Of a DNA stretch of 42,656 bases, positions 23,535-33,291 are shown one piece after another. The first letter of the stretch is position 1; every line of letters begins with the position of its first letter. The stretch comes from a virus. A model generated the notes under the pieces. That model was not told the origin of the DNA. It ran no database searches and saw only the letters and a list, made by a program, of their open reading frames with translations. The DNA is taken from the IMG/VR virus record IMGVR_UViG_3300010352_000823. One strand, 5' to 3'. Position numbers and translations under genes: made by a program.

Positions 23535-24785
23535 TTACCTCCATGTTGATGGAACACTTGCATAGTCGGACATCAAAGTGCAATTTGTAAATGGTTTATT
23601 ACCTGAATTTGGTGTATATGCGGTGAACTTTTCCCAAAGCTTTGTTGTGCTAGAACTACTTAGTGTCGGTGACGAAGATGTAAGTTTTACACAACCTTTG
23701 AATAAATTATCAAGCATTGTTGCAGCATTGTAATTATTCATACCATCTAAATTCCACATTCCGCTATCAACGGTTTCCAACGCTAAACAATTATAGAATA
23801 TACCATTCAAACAACTTGTAGCTGGATTTCCAGTAAATGCGCCAAATACACCTGCTGGAACAGATTTGATAGCTTTACAATTACTAAAAGTCTGATAAAA
23901 AGTAGAAGATTGTAATAACCCATTTATTCCACTAAACAATCCTGCTGGAACTGCTTCTAGACTTCCGCATGAAGAAAATGTGCTTTGGAATAGATTCATT
24001 TTTGGAACTCCGACAATAGTTGAAAATAGATCTGCAGGTATAGATTTTAATGAACCGCATGTTAAAAATGCATTAGCAAAAGCATAATTTTCTGGTTGTC
24101 CACTTATACTCTTAAATAAGTTTCCTGAAACACTTTCTAATCCACTTGCAGCAAATGCAAGATAGAACAAATGATCTTTTGGTAATCCAACAACGGGTGA
24201 GAATATGTTCTCATCCAATGATTTTAATGCGCTACAACCTTGAAATACTGATTGAAACATACTATTAGAAGTTGTGCTTATATTTGCAAAAAGATATTTA
24301 TCAACATACGACAAACCAGTGCAACCCTTAAACAACGAGTTAAACATATTTTCCGGATATACATCATCAATCATTGGGAATATAGTCCCTAAACTACCCC
24401 ATGCACTTTTTATAACTGGATTAGTATTGTGAGAAAATGCTATACATCCGTTTACTGTATTATACCCAGTTGCAGTTCCGGTAATTGTTACATAATAATT
24501 TCCTTGAAAATCATAAGTATGACTATATAAAGTATTTGTTGTATTTGTTTTTGTGATGGTATCAACATTACCATCACCCCAATCAATAGAAAAATCTCCA
24601 CTTGCCGATATATAAAAAGCAAAAGTCGAGGCATTAAGAATAGTCAGGCGAACTCCTGATGATATATATGAGTCTTCAAACATTTTATGCCCATTCTGAT
24701 AGGCGTTTATATTTAGTCCATTACAAGCCCATCCAGGTATTTGATGACCATCACTATACATTATGCGTTTTATTGCGCCAACCAT
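23535..24785 (-). CDS. Distal tail fibre / receptor-binding protein with a PKD-like domain and BspA-type leucine-rich repeats
   Basis: FSIDWGDGNVDT...YSHTYDFQGNYYVTITG (PKD signature). Then about 8 repeats of roughly 24 aa of the form F..[FA]..C..L.S[VI]...LF. Confidence 0.65.
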   Translation of the reverse strand: MVGAIKRIMYSDGHQIPGWACNGLNINAYQNGHKMFEDSYISSGVRLTILNASTFAFYISASGDFSIDWGDGNVDTITKTNTTNTLYSHTYDFQGNYYVTITGTATGYNTVNGCIAFSHNTNPVIKSAWGSLGTIFPMIDDVYPENMFNSLFKGCTGLSYVDKYLFANISTTSNSMFQSVFQGCSALKSLDENIFSPVVGLPKDHLFYLAFAASGLESVSGNLFKSISGQPENYAFANAFLTCGSLKSIPADLFSTIVGVPKMNLFQSTFSSCGSLEAVPAGLFSGINGLLQSSTFYQTFSNCKAIKSVPAGVFGAFTGNPATSCLNGIFYNCLALETVDSGMWNLDGMNNYNAATMLDNLFKGCVKLTSSSPTLSSSSTTKLWEKFTAYTPNSGNKPFTNCTLMSDYASVPSTWR

Positions 24786-24800
24786 GATATATTCCTTTAA

Positions 24801-25154
24801 TTAAACATACCAATAAACAATATAATCTGGCCCATATTCCTGTGATAAACTCAATGCCTCGGCTGCAGAATTAGCTAAAACAAAGTTTTTGTAATCAACA
24901 ATGCCTGCTAAACCTGTATCAGGATCAACATTTAATGACCCGGATTCATCACTTGATAAGATACCACCGACATCAGTGCTGGTTGCAATAGGAATAGATG
25001 TAATTCCACCACCACCTATAATACGGATTGCTTTATTTCCGTTATCATCAATTCCTATAACATCTTTTGCACCAGTATCTGGTGTGGTTTGAGTTACAGA
25101 AACTGTTCTTACGGCTTTTTCGCCTTCATCGTTTGTTGTATAAATATCACCCAT
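24801..25154 (-). CDS. Short tail-fibre-like protein (start refined)
   Basis: AAAAAGGATAATAAA-ATG at 25154. IPIATSTDVGGILSSDESGSLNVDPDTG is a fibre-like motif. Confidence 0.55.
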   Translation of the reverse strand: MGDIYTTNDEGEKAVRTVSVTQTTPDTGAKDVIGIDDNGNKAIRIIGGGGITSIPIATSTDVGGILSSDESGSLNVDPDTGLAGIVDYKNFVLANSAAEALSLSQEYGPDYIVYWYV

Positions 25155-25168
25155 TTTATTATCCTTTT

Positions 25169-26584
25169 TTATGCTGCCATACCTTTTATTTCGTATGACC
25201 ATTTGAATCCAGTATCATTTCGAAGAACATTCAATTTTGAAACTGTGGAATTATCTTTTACAGCAATAATGCGACCAGTCGATGATGATGCAATAGCCTG
25301 AACATTTGCCATTAAAACATTATCAACATCTGCCATTGTAACAATAAGTATAACAGTATCGACAGCGTTTATATAAGCACCTTGTTCAACAAATCCAGAT
25401 TTCCATTTACGATACCAACCTTTTGTATAGTTTGTTCCAGATAATCCTGTGGCTTGTTCAACAATATAATCAATCATTGGTGTCGCGCCACCTTGCCCAG
25501 TTATTCCATTCAAGGCAGCAACATCTGATAAAACCCCAGCTGCTGTGATTTGATTTGCTTCTTCTGGATTTATTTCTGCACCAATATAGAACATTACGCG
25601 CATTTGAACTTGGTCATTACGAACTCTGGTCGTTGAATCACGGCCGTATGCAGCATTTGATCTACTAGCATCAAATGTAAATCTACCAACATCAATAACA
25701 TTTCCACCTTCTAAGCCATGATTACCTATTTGTGTGCAAACAACAGCTCCATTTGACCATGTATGTGTATATAATTTTTCTGCACCAGCACCAGAATCTG
25801 TTGTTATATTTGGTGCAGCATTTTCAAGGACTGTCCCAAGATTTGTTGATAACCCAGCCGCTGTCATCGTATAACCACGCGGTATATTTGGCGCGATTAC
25901 AATATCATTATCTGGATCATATCCCCAGAATGAAACAGCATTATCAGGATTTGCTGCGTATGCTGCGTCCCATGCCGTAATTGTATCATAGGGTAAAATC
26001 CCACCAACAATCGAATCAACCAAGTTTGAATAATTTGTAGAAGCATTATTTAACTGTTGCCGGCCGTTATCACCCCAGATATATGAAGAACTTGGCAATG
26101 ATTTGAATAATCCAAAAAGTATTTGACCTGTTTGTAATGCCGGTGTGGCCAAAACTGATAAATTATACGGTATAATACCAATTTGTGTCCAGGAAGTTCC
26201 GATATAAGACGGGTCTGAGGTAAAATCATCTGTATTGTTACTTTTTGTTGATTTTAATATCAACCAAGACGAATTTGCAACATCATTGTAATATAAAACA
26301 GAATCCGAAGAATATCCGGTCATTGGTGCAACTGTCATTCTGCTATCAAATGTTGGTAATGTAAACTGACCGTCTTGTAACCCAACAGCGAACTTTGATA
26401 ATAATTGCAACGCGGAATTTAATGTTTGACGATCTTGTGGTAATCCTCCCTCAGATTTATCTTTTGCGGTATCTGGGGCAATTCCATCATAATAATTAAA
26501 TTCATTACCGACACTGGCGGTTGCTGGAACATCAGCCAAATCACCACTGTTTGCAAATTTTCCTTTTATGAATGGTCTTGTCAT
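25169..26584 (-). CDS. Tail fibre protein
   Basis: 471 aa. N-terminus FANSGDLADVPATASVGNEFNYYDGI...GGLPQDRQTLNSALQ is typical of a myophage fibre N-domain. Downstream of the baseplate J and DUF2612-like genes. Confidence 0.7.
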   Translation of the reverse strand: MTRPFIKGKFANSGDLADVPATASVGNEFNYYDGIAPDTAKDKSEGGLPQDRQTLNSALQLLSKFAVGLQDGQFTLPTFDSRMTVAPMTGYSSDSVLYYNDVANSSWLILKSTKSNNTDDFTSDPSYIGTSWTQIGIIPYNLSVLATPALQTGQILFGLFKSLPSSSYIWGDNGRQQLNNASTNYSNLVDSIVGGILPYDTITAWDAAYAANPDNAVSFWGYDPDNDIVIAPNIPRGYTMTAAGLSTNLGTVLENAAPNITTDSGAGAEKLYTHTWSNGAVVCTQIGNHGLEGGNVIDVGRFTFDASRSNAAYGRDSTTRVRNDQVQMRVMFYIGAEINPEEANQITAAGVLSDVAALNGITGQGGATPMIDYIVEQATGLSGTNYTKGWYRKWKSGFVEQGAYINAVDTVILIVTMADVDNVLMANVQAIASSSTGRIIAVKDNSTVSKLNVLRNDTGFKWSYEIKGMAA

Positions 26585-26603
26585 CGTTATTTTCCTTTCT
26601 TAA

Positions 26604-26631
26604 ATTATAACATTGTGCCTAAAATTGTCAA
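26604..26631 (-). promoter_or_regulatory. Consensus promoter TTGACA-N16-TATAAT upstream of the tail-fibre genes
   Basis: Read on the minus strand (-35 at 26631-26626, -10 at 26609-26604), followed by AAGAAAGGAAAATAACG-ATG. Confidence 0.6.
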
Positions 26632-26640
26632 TTTTGTCGT

Positions 26641-27231
26641 CTATACATTCTCTTGATACCGAAATTCATACCCACTCAGGACGCTAAAAAGATTATTTTG
26701 AAGCATTATTTTTTCTTCATTTGATAATTCAAATGCAAATTTCCAAGTAATAATAAATGAATCGATCTCAGAAACATCAACCCAACAATTACCACGACCG
26801 AAAAACATCTTATTTATCATTTTGTTCATCATACCGATACTTGGGACTGTTGTTGCTTTCATGGCCTGAACATACATTAAATTTGTTAATTGTGTTCTTG
26901 ATAAATTTATATATTGCTTTGCTCTTGCGATTTTTATGTTAAATGTTCCACCATCTTCTGTTGGTGTTTCAAACCCATATCCATCATCGGTATTATATAA
27001 AAAGTCATGGTCAACCATCAAAGGAATCAACAACATTGGGCTTGTTACATTCCATCTTTCTGCAAGTTTTTTTAATATATAAAGTTGACAGTTAAGATGG
27101 TCCATAAGATTAGTTTCCAACCAATCTGGATCAAGAGATATTGCGTCAGAAAATGATGACATGAGGGATTTTAGAATTGCAGAATCAGCATATTGTGATA
27201 ATACAACTTCCTCATAATTCAATTTTTCCAT
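26641..27231 (-). CDS. Baseplate/tail protein (DUF2612-like)
   Basis: Start ATG is 1 nt after the baseplate J stop. VLSQYADSAILKSLMSSF resembles the DUF2612 N-terminus. Position is between J and the fibre. Confidence 0.5.
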   Translation of the reverse strand: MEKLNYEEVVLSQYADSAILKSLMSSFSDAISLDPDWLETNLMDHLNCQLYILKKLAERWNVTSPMLLIPLMVDHDFLYNTDDGYGFETPTEDGGTFNIKIARAKQYINLSRTQLTNLMYVQAMKATTVPSIGMMNKMINKMFFGRGNCWVDVSEIDSFIITWKFAFELSNEEKIMLQNNLFSVLSGYEFRYQENV

Positions 27232-27232
27232 A

Positions 27233-28432
27233 TTAGCTCTCTTCGTTAACATTTACCGTTACTGTTCCAAATGAAGAATACTTATCAATGTCATACTGAA
27301 CAGAATCTGACCATGTGCTGCCACCATCGATTGATAATTGAACCGAAACTTGATTTACACCAGATATTGTGGCAATTTCACTTTGAAATGATGTCCCATA
27401 GTATTTTGTATACATTCGCTCAGGTTTTGCATTAAAAATAGATAAACATAATTCCTGTACCTGAGAAATAATATCAGATGGAACATTCGGTGAATCTGTT
27501 ATTGTAACATCAATGTCCAAAGTTTGTTCTGATGGGCGCAAGAATTTTATTGCATATGTTTGACCATTCAAGGATTCATAATAATTAACAGTTTGATTAC
27601 CTTGCATTGTTGCGAGGCTTTTTTTATCGTAAATTGCTTTTCCGATTGTTGAATTATCACCACCAAGAACAGATATTACAAACGAATGTGGGTTAATTGT
27701 ATAAGAATATGGTGTTTTTGATGTTCCCAAAGGATTTTCGTCACCAACCGCATAAATAACATCATCGATATTATTCCAAATATAACTTGCCATTGCTGCG
27801 GCTGTTCCAACTCCATTTTGTGTTACAGATGTATTATAACGGATTCTCAAAGAAGTATCAGATTCTTCGGCCGAACCTGTAATTACGGGATAAGGTGTTG
27901 TTATGCTTTCCCATCCAGTTTGGATTGTATAAATTGAAAAAGTCCCAACGGATGTAATAAAACCATCAACGGATTCAAATAAAGCGTCAACATATCCAGA
28001 ATTTGCAATAGTATAATCCTGGGTTGCAACAAACAAATTACCAGCAGAATCTTGAATTTTGCTTGGATCTGAGTTTAATTTACCATAAATTGTTGTTCCA
28101 GACGCGCCAAAGCACCGGACCGTTATCTGGGTTACAACGGCAGGTTTTCTTGATATTCCTATAATATCACACAATTTATCAAGAGAAAACCCATCACATG
28201 TGCGCGGGGATATTTGATTTATAACCCATAACATCATTTGATTGACATTATTTATCTGTGAGGCCTCATTTGTGATTAACTGGCCATTTGGTGTTGCAGA
28301 ATCTGTATTTAATACACCCAAAGAAGAATAGGCTACCTTCCAAGCCTGTTCCCTAGATAATCTTAATGTTGATTCGTCATCAAGTGTTACACCTGTTGCC
28401 GTTATACTAAATCCCAACATCGACAGCTCCAT
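27233..28432 (-). CDS. Baseplate J-like protein
   Basis: 399 aa in the canonical position after the gp25-like gene; composition and length fit the J/gp47 family. Confidence 0.65.
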   Translation of the reverse strand: MELSMLGFSITATGVTLDDESTLRLSREQAWKVAYSSLGVLNTDSATPNGQLITNEASQINNVNQMMLWVINQISPRTCDGFSLDKLCDIIGISRKPAVVTQITVRCFGASGTTIYGKLNSDPSKIQDSAGNLFVATQDYTIANSGYVDALFESVDGFITSVGTFSIYTIQTGWESITTPYPVITGSAEESDTSLRIRYNTSVTQNGVGTAAAMASYIWNNIDDVIYAVGDENPLGTSKTPYSYTINPHSFVISVLGGDNSTIGKAIYDKKSLATMQGNQTVNYYESLNGQTYAIKFLRPSEQTLDIDVTITDSPNVPSDIISQVQELCLSIFNAKPERMYTKYYGTSFQSEIATISGVNQVSVQLSIDGGSTWSDSVQYDIDKYSSFGTVTVNVNEES

Positions 28433-28739
28433 TTATTTGTATTGTTCCGGTTAACTTTCTATTAACCATTTTCATTGATTTTACATTAAACTTTGTAACC
28501 CTAGAATCCCGAAAAGCTTCAATTTTCATATATTCGGTTAATTGAGAAAAACTTATTTTTAATGTTCCAAGATAATATGGTATTCCAACCCCGTCATCTG
28601 TCCAATCTTCACCGATAAATACTCGAACTTTACATGCAACAGCCTGGGCTAATTCAAGGTCATCTTTTACCAGGCGTGGGTTTCCATCGCCAGCCAAATA
28701 AGTGTCCCATGTAGTATTATCTAATGCCCATTGTATCAT
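28407..28739 (-). CDS. Baseplate wedge protein (gp25/W-like)
   Basis: 110 aa, located between the spike and J genes. Confidence 0.5.
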   Translation of the reverse strand: MIQWALDNTTWDTYLAGDGNPRLVKDDLELAQAVACKVRVFIGEDWTDDGVGIPYYLGTLKISFSQLTEYMKIEAFRDSRVTKFNVKSMKMVNRKLTGTIQINGAVDVGI

Positions 28740-28742
28740 TTT

Positions 28743-29387
28743 TTAGCTCACTATTAACCCATTAACCACTGAATGGGTTATACCAGATAAATCCTGAAAT
28801 GTCAAAGTCGCGCCCCCAGATATAAAATTTAGAGGTGCGGGTATTGTTAAATTTGCGGTTACATTTATGTTTTTTGCTTTGATGTCTTCAATTACTTCCA
28901 TATTACCAGTATGTGTCCATTCGCCTTTTGAAATAATTTCACTTGAAATTTTAACAAAAACATCTGGCATTGCATAAAATACAGAATTTAATATAACTCC
29001 CGAAGTCTGAGGACATACTCCTCGGCTTTTTAATGCACCATCCTCACCATTTACAAGTTGTTGGGTGGATTCACGATCGAAGAAACCAACGATGACAATA
29101 TCCCCGACTTTTCTATCAATTATGAATCCACCGTTACCACCCATCTCTTGTGCGTCAAATATCTCATAAAATTGATCTGCCGGCATTTGTGAGCCATCGG
29201 TTGACGCTCGGGAAACCAATGCTTGAACATGATATTGTTTTTTATCAGAATCAACAATATCCAAAATTTTACAAAGCTTTATTGTATTTATTTTTGCAAA
29301 TTCGTTACGGATCAAAGAAAGTATTCTTTGTTGTTGCGTTTGATTGCGTAAAACACCATCCAAAACTTTATTTTGATTCTGCTGCAT
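28743..29387 (-). CDS. Baseplate spike / assembly protein V-like
   Basis: 214 aa; OB-fold-like GDIVIVGFFD segment; position. Confidence 0.5.
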   Translation of the reverse strand: MQQNQNKVLDGVLRNQTQQQRILSLIRNEFAKINTIKLCKILDIVDSDKKQYHVQALVSRASTDGSQMPADQFYEIFDAQEMGGNGGFIIDRKVGDIVIVGFFDRESTQQLVNGEDGALKSRGVCPQTSGVILNSVFYAMPDVFVKISSEIISKGEWTHTGNMEVIEDIKAKNINVTANLTIPAPLNFISGGATLTFQDLSGITHSVVNGLIVS

Positions 29388-30351
29388 ATCTTACCGCCTC
29401 GCCATCTGCTTCCCATTTTCCATCTTTTGTTGAAATGAATCCTTTTAATTTACTGATTGAATATCTTCTTGATAATCCAGGGACTGTTGTTTTTATATCA
29501 ATCATATCACAAATCTGCATTTTTGGATTAAATTCACATTTGAATTGAATCCCATTGTCTGTTGCATTTGGATAACCAAATAAATTTTTGTTTTCGGCCG
29601 ACAAATACCAACACTTTACATCACTTTCGGCTGGTATTATTGCACCAACTGGAAAATAATACAAATCTTTTCCTTTTGTATTTTTATTTTCACGCAAAAC
29701 ATATTGGATTCCAAACTCATTACAAAAATCATTTAAGATTTCCATAGGTGAACCATATAAATACAATCTTTTTGGCAATGGGTCAGATGTTCTGCGGGAT
29801 AACAAACCATATCCCTCGGATTGATATTCGTGACCGGCTGCACGCTCGTCTTCAAAAACATCACGACCTTTATTAAACCCGCATATTTGCATAGCAATAT
29901 AACCTAATGCGTCATGAATACTCTTCGAACTATAAGCATAAGGCAAAGGCGGATACAACCTTTGCATAATCGGGGAAGTTCTATTTTTAACGCCATTTGG
30001 TTCAAGAAAACAATCTATATCCAATGAAAGATTTGGAAATTCTGTATAATTTGGAACACTGTGAATAATTTCGCCTGTAAATAAGATTGAATCATTTACA
30101 AATAACTGAATTGTATTACCGATATAAACACTTCCTTGAAGACTTACTATCGCACATTTGTTCATTGTATCCTCAGAAAGTCCAAATATACGAATGCGCG
30201 CGCGCCCATCCCCCATTCCCAGCATTTCAATCTGAGCTTCTATAAATAATTGAGCTTTTGCATTTGGATCTTTATTTATATCAAAAGTGCGTGTGAAATT
30301 GTCTTTCACAATAGTTATTGTTGCAGAAAGTCTTTTTTCACCAAATTCCAT
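29368..30351 (-). CDS. Baseplate hub protein (Mu gp44 / P2 gpD-like)
   Basis: 327 aa; function assigned by synteny only. Confidence 0.45.
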   Translation of the reverse strand: MEFGEKRLSATITIVKDNFTRTFDINKDPNAKAQLFIEAQIEMLGMGDGRARIRIFGLSEDTMNKCAIVSLQGSVYIGNTIQLFVNDSILFTGEIIHSVPNYTEFPNLSLDIDCFLEPNGVKNRTSPIMQRLYPPLPYAYSSKSIHDALGYIAMQICGFNKGRDVFEDERAAGHEYQSEGYGLLSRRTSDPLPKRLYLYGSPMEILNDFCNEFGIQYVLRENKNTKGKDLYYFPVGAIIPAESDVKCWYLSAENKNLFGYPNATDNGIQFKCEFNPKMQICDMIDIKTTVPGLSRRYSISKLKGFISTKDGKWEADGEAVRYAAESK

Positions 30352-30353
30352 TT

Positions 30354-30656
30354 TTAATACTCATACATAAACAAATATCTATCGTTATATTCCCTAAAAT
30401 CCGGATCTTGTTCACCATTCAAATCCATAAAATAAAGATATTCTTGGGCAAATGTCCATCTTTCAAGGGATAATTTTGTTCTATCATGCAATTCATATCC
30501 GGCAACACAAAGGTTTCCATCGATTGTAATATCGATAAAAGTTTGCGATTGAACCTGATATAAATGAATCACAGCGGTTTTACCAGAATTTTCAAGATAA
30601 ATATCAAATATCTGGTTTGGATAATTTTGTTGAAGAGTTATTTTATATGTCATCAT
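30354..30656 (-). CDS. Tail/baseplate-associated hypothetical protein
   Basis: 100-aa ORF packed between baseplate genes. Confidence 0.55.
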   Translation of the reverse strand: MMTYKITLQQNYPNQIFDIYLENSGKTAVIHLYQVQSQTFIDITIDGNLCVAGYELHDRTKLSLERWTFAQEYLYFMDLNGEQDPDFREYNDRYLFMYEY

Positions 30657-31303
30657 GTCGTTACCGTATTTGTCGTCAATGTGGCTTTATTAACCTGGGT
30701 CATTGGGACTGATCCATTATCTTTTGCTGGGGCGGATGATGATGACCTTACCTTACCAGATTCTGTAACTTTGCCACTTTGAATTTCTTTGATTTTCAAT
30801 TTCATTAAAATCATATTGTTGTATTTATCTTTATAATGGGAATATCCACTTGCATAAACTGTGCAATTAACATAAGTCTTGAATGGAGTTATTATATCAA
30901 CTAAATCCAAACCATCACGATATTTATTTATATTGTCGATAAAATTTTCCATTGCATAATTAAAATTCATTCCATTTTTAACAAGAACCACTTCATATTC
31001 TGATGGCTTTATTACTTTCATTGCTGATATAAATCCACCGTTTTCCAAAGGATAATCTGTTACTTGGTTTTCCTTATTAAAATCGAAACTTACAAAAGAA
31101 TCAAACTCTGCAATAACATTGCTGAGAGGTTCTGGATTTATAGGATTTATATCATCCCAAGTATAATCCGATATTTTTTTTGAATCTTTCTTTTTGGTTC
31201 TTTCGATTGTCCATTTACCAAAAACTTGATTGGATGTTATATCACCCAACACATCGCGAAAGTTACTCGGGGAAAATGCTGAACCAAGAGAAGTAAAAGA
31301 CAT
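30653..31303 (-). CDS. Tail/baseplate-associated protein downstream of the tape measure
   Basis: 216-aa ORF; ATG overlaps the TMP stop. Confidence 0.55.
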   Translation of the reverse strand: MSFTSLGSAFSPSNFRDVLGDITSNQVFGKWTIERTKKKDSKKISDYTWDDINPINPEPLSNVIAEFDSFVSFDFNKENQVTDYPLENGGFISAMKVIKPSEYEVVLVKNGMNFNYAMENFIDNINKYRDGLDLVDIITPFKTYVNCTVYASGYSHYKDKYNNMILMKLKIKEIQSGKVTESGKVRSSSSAPAKDNGSVPMTQVNKATLTTNTVTT

Positions 31304-32547
31304 TAGAATGACCCTCCCTTATTACCTATAACTGCCAATTCATCAGAGAACCCAATGGCAATTTCACGGGCATTTGTTGCCTTTGTATTTATATTAACAG
31401 TTCCAACCTTTGTGGTTGATGTTTGATAAGTATTACCCGCATTATTAACCGCGTTGGATGTATTTCTTGACCCTGGCATAGTTCTATTTATATTCTGCCA
31501 CATTTTTGAACCTTTGGCCGGATCATAATCTGCCGATGGTTTTGTCCAATCACCTGAGAAAAAATCGCTATTTTTATCAAATATACCTATAAATTCACCG
31601 AATTTCTTTACTGCATACATAATGGCAAGTATTCCTGCAACAATCGGGGCCAGAACTGCAACAATCGGGGCCAGAGCGGTCCATAAAGTCGCTCCCAGCG
31701 CAAGTATAGGCGCAATCGCAGCTTTTGCCGCTGTGATAAGTCCACCAACAATTAAAAGTATTAACCCGCCGAGCATTGCATAAACTGCAGGCTTATATTG
31801 TAATAGAACACCAAACGCTTCGGCCAATCCTTTTATAACTGGAATTGCATACTCGGCTATTTTTTGAGCGAGTGCAACCCATAATTGTTTCAAATCCGCC
31901 ATGGTTTGTTGTAATTCTCTATTCTTTTCTATATCTTTCTGTTTTAAGGAGGCAAGTTGCTTATATTTACCCATAAATCCGTCAACATTACCACCCATTC
32001 GCTTCATCATATAATACTCTTCATCACTGAATCCGAGTTGATGTGCAAAATCCAATCCTGTTCTTGTATCGAGGTTTACTATTTTTTTTGCAAAATCTGC
32101 GTATATATCCGCGCCTTTGCGTAACTGACCGTTATTATCACGAACTGCTATTCCGAGTCGATGTAATGGGACCAGCATTTGGTCAAATCCGGTTGTTCTT
32201 ACTCTCCCCATGGCATCATCGATACCTTTTATAGAATTTATTACACCATTTCCACTAATTCCCATACTTTCTGCTGCGAGTTTCCATGCTTGCAACATTT
32301 GTATATTTTCGCCAGTTGTGGTTGATAAAACATCTAATTGTTGGGCGTTGGTTGAAAAAGTGTTTAATGTTGCTCTAAGACCTAAAACTGCACCGGTGGC
32401 CAGCGCAATACTTTTTATAGAATCAACCATATCGTTGATGGATTTTGTGGCTTCTTTTGTGCCAGATTTAACATCATTGATACCCTGTTTGAATAATAGG
32501 GTTTTCAATGCTATTAAAATACTCCATTTATCTACTGTTTCCGGCAT
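31303..32547 (-). CDS. Tail tape measure protein
   Basis: 414 aa, helical N-half, long hydrophobic Ala/Ile/Leu-rich block (AVYAMLGGLILLIVGGLITAAKAAIAPILALGATLW...). Follows the frameshifted chaperone pair. Confidence 0.75.
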   Translation of the reverse strand: MPETVDKWSILIALKTLLFKQGINDVKSGTKEATKSINDMVDSIKSIALATGAVLGLRATLNTFSTNAQQLDVLSTTTGENIQMLQAWKLAAESMGISGNGVINSIKGIDDAMGRVRTTGFDQMLVPLHRLGIAVRDNNGQLRKGADIYADFAKKIVNLDTRTGLDFAHQLGFSDEEYYMMKRMGGNVDGFMGKYKQLASLKQKDIEKNRELQQTMADLKQLWVALAQKIAEYAIPVIKGLAEAFGVLLQYKPAVYAMLGGLILLIVGGLITAAKAAIAPILALGATLWTALAPIVAVLAPIVAGILAIMYAVKKFGEFIGIFDKNSDFFSGDWTKPSADYDPAKGSKMWQNINRTMPGSRNTSNAVNNAGNTYQTSTTKVGTVNINTKATNAREIAIGFSDELAVIGNKGGSF

Positions 32548-33189
32548 CCTGCGCGCTCTCTATATTTGCGGACGATACACTACATATTTCTGACATAATA
32601 TAGACATCGCCCATTGTGTATTTTGTTTCCAATTCATAAAGGGTTGCTAACTTTTCCCCTATGATTTGAGCAAAAAGCGGACAAATACTTTTTGTTTTAT
32701 AAACTACTTCCCTTTTTGGGTTAGGCAATTCTATGAATTGCCTTTCGTAAAAAAATGCCGAAATACTTCCAATAATTTTGTTCTGAGAAAATGTAATGTT
32801 TTGATTGATTTTATATCAGAATCTATATCGAGTTTTCTATATTCGCCTCTTGCTTGATCAAATATCTCGAATAAACTTAATTCATTGTTTAGAAAATCAA
32901 TCGTATCGATATTTGTTAGCAATGAAAACTCCGGCATACTCATCAAAAGATTCATTGCATCATAATTACTGTTACCATCGGCAATGGCTTGAATTTCTTC
33001 CAGTTTATCTTTTGGAATATCTGTGGTGAATCTTGACATTCTAAGAGCAAATCTTTCGGCGGCAACAGCAGAAAATTCTTTATATCTGAATGTTTTACCC
33101 TCATCTTCGCCGAAGTCTAATATATGTTCTTGTCCGTCTATTGTTTCATTGATATTTTTTAATTTGAAAGTATTATTATCGTCAATCAT
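32528..33189 (-). CDS. Tail assembly chaperone, -1 frameshift fusion product (about 220 aa)
   Basis: mRNA reads CAU UUU UUU ACG. A -1 slip gives UAC GAA AGG CAA UUC AUA GAA UUG CCU..., which is exactly the frame of ORF 32528-32728. Confidence 0.65.
32731..33189 (-). CDS. Tail assembly chaperone (zero-frame product)
   Basis: 152 aa between the tube and tape measure genes; a slippery heptamer lies 6 codons before the stop. Confidence 0.7.
   Translation of the reverse strand: MIDDNNTFKLKNINETIDGQEHILDFGEDEGKTFRYKEFSAVAAERFALRMSRFTTDIPKDKLEEIQAIADGNSNYDAMNLLMSMPEFSLLTNIDTIDFLNNELSLFEIFDQARGEYRKLDIDSDIKSIKTLHFLRTKLLEVFRHFFTKGNS
32749..32755 (-). promoter_or_regulatory. Slippery heptanucleotide U UUU UUU (programmed -1 ribosomal frameshift site)
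   Basis: Seven A on the plus strand equals seven U in the mRNA, in X_XXY_YYZ register relative to the zero frame. Confidence 0.65.
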
Positions 33190-33221
33190 AGCAAACTCCT
33201 TTATTTTTGCTAAATTTGGGC

Positions 33222-33285
33222 GGGGAATGAGTAAAGGAGTGAAAATTTACTAACTTGGCCAGCAAACTAACAACCCTCATTCCCC
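33222..33285 (-). promoter_or_regulatory. Long-range perfect 10-bp inverted repeat (ggggaatgag / ctcattcccc, 44-nt loop) between the tube and chaperone genes
   Basis: Read directly. No U-tail, so it is not a classical terminator. Confidence 0.5.
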
Positions 33286-33291
33286 ATAAAC

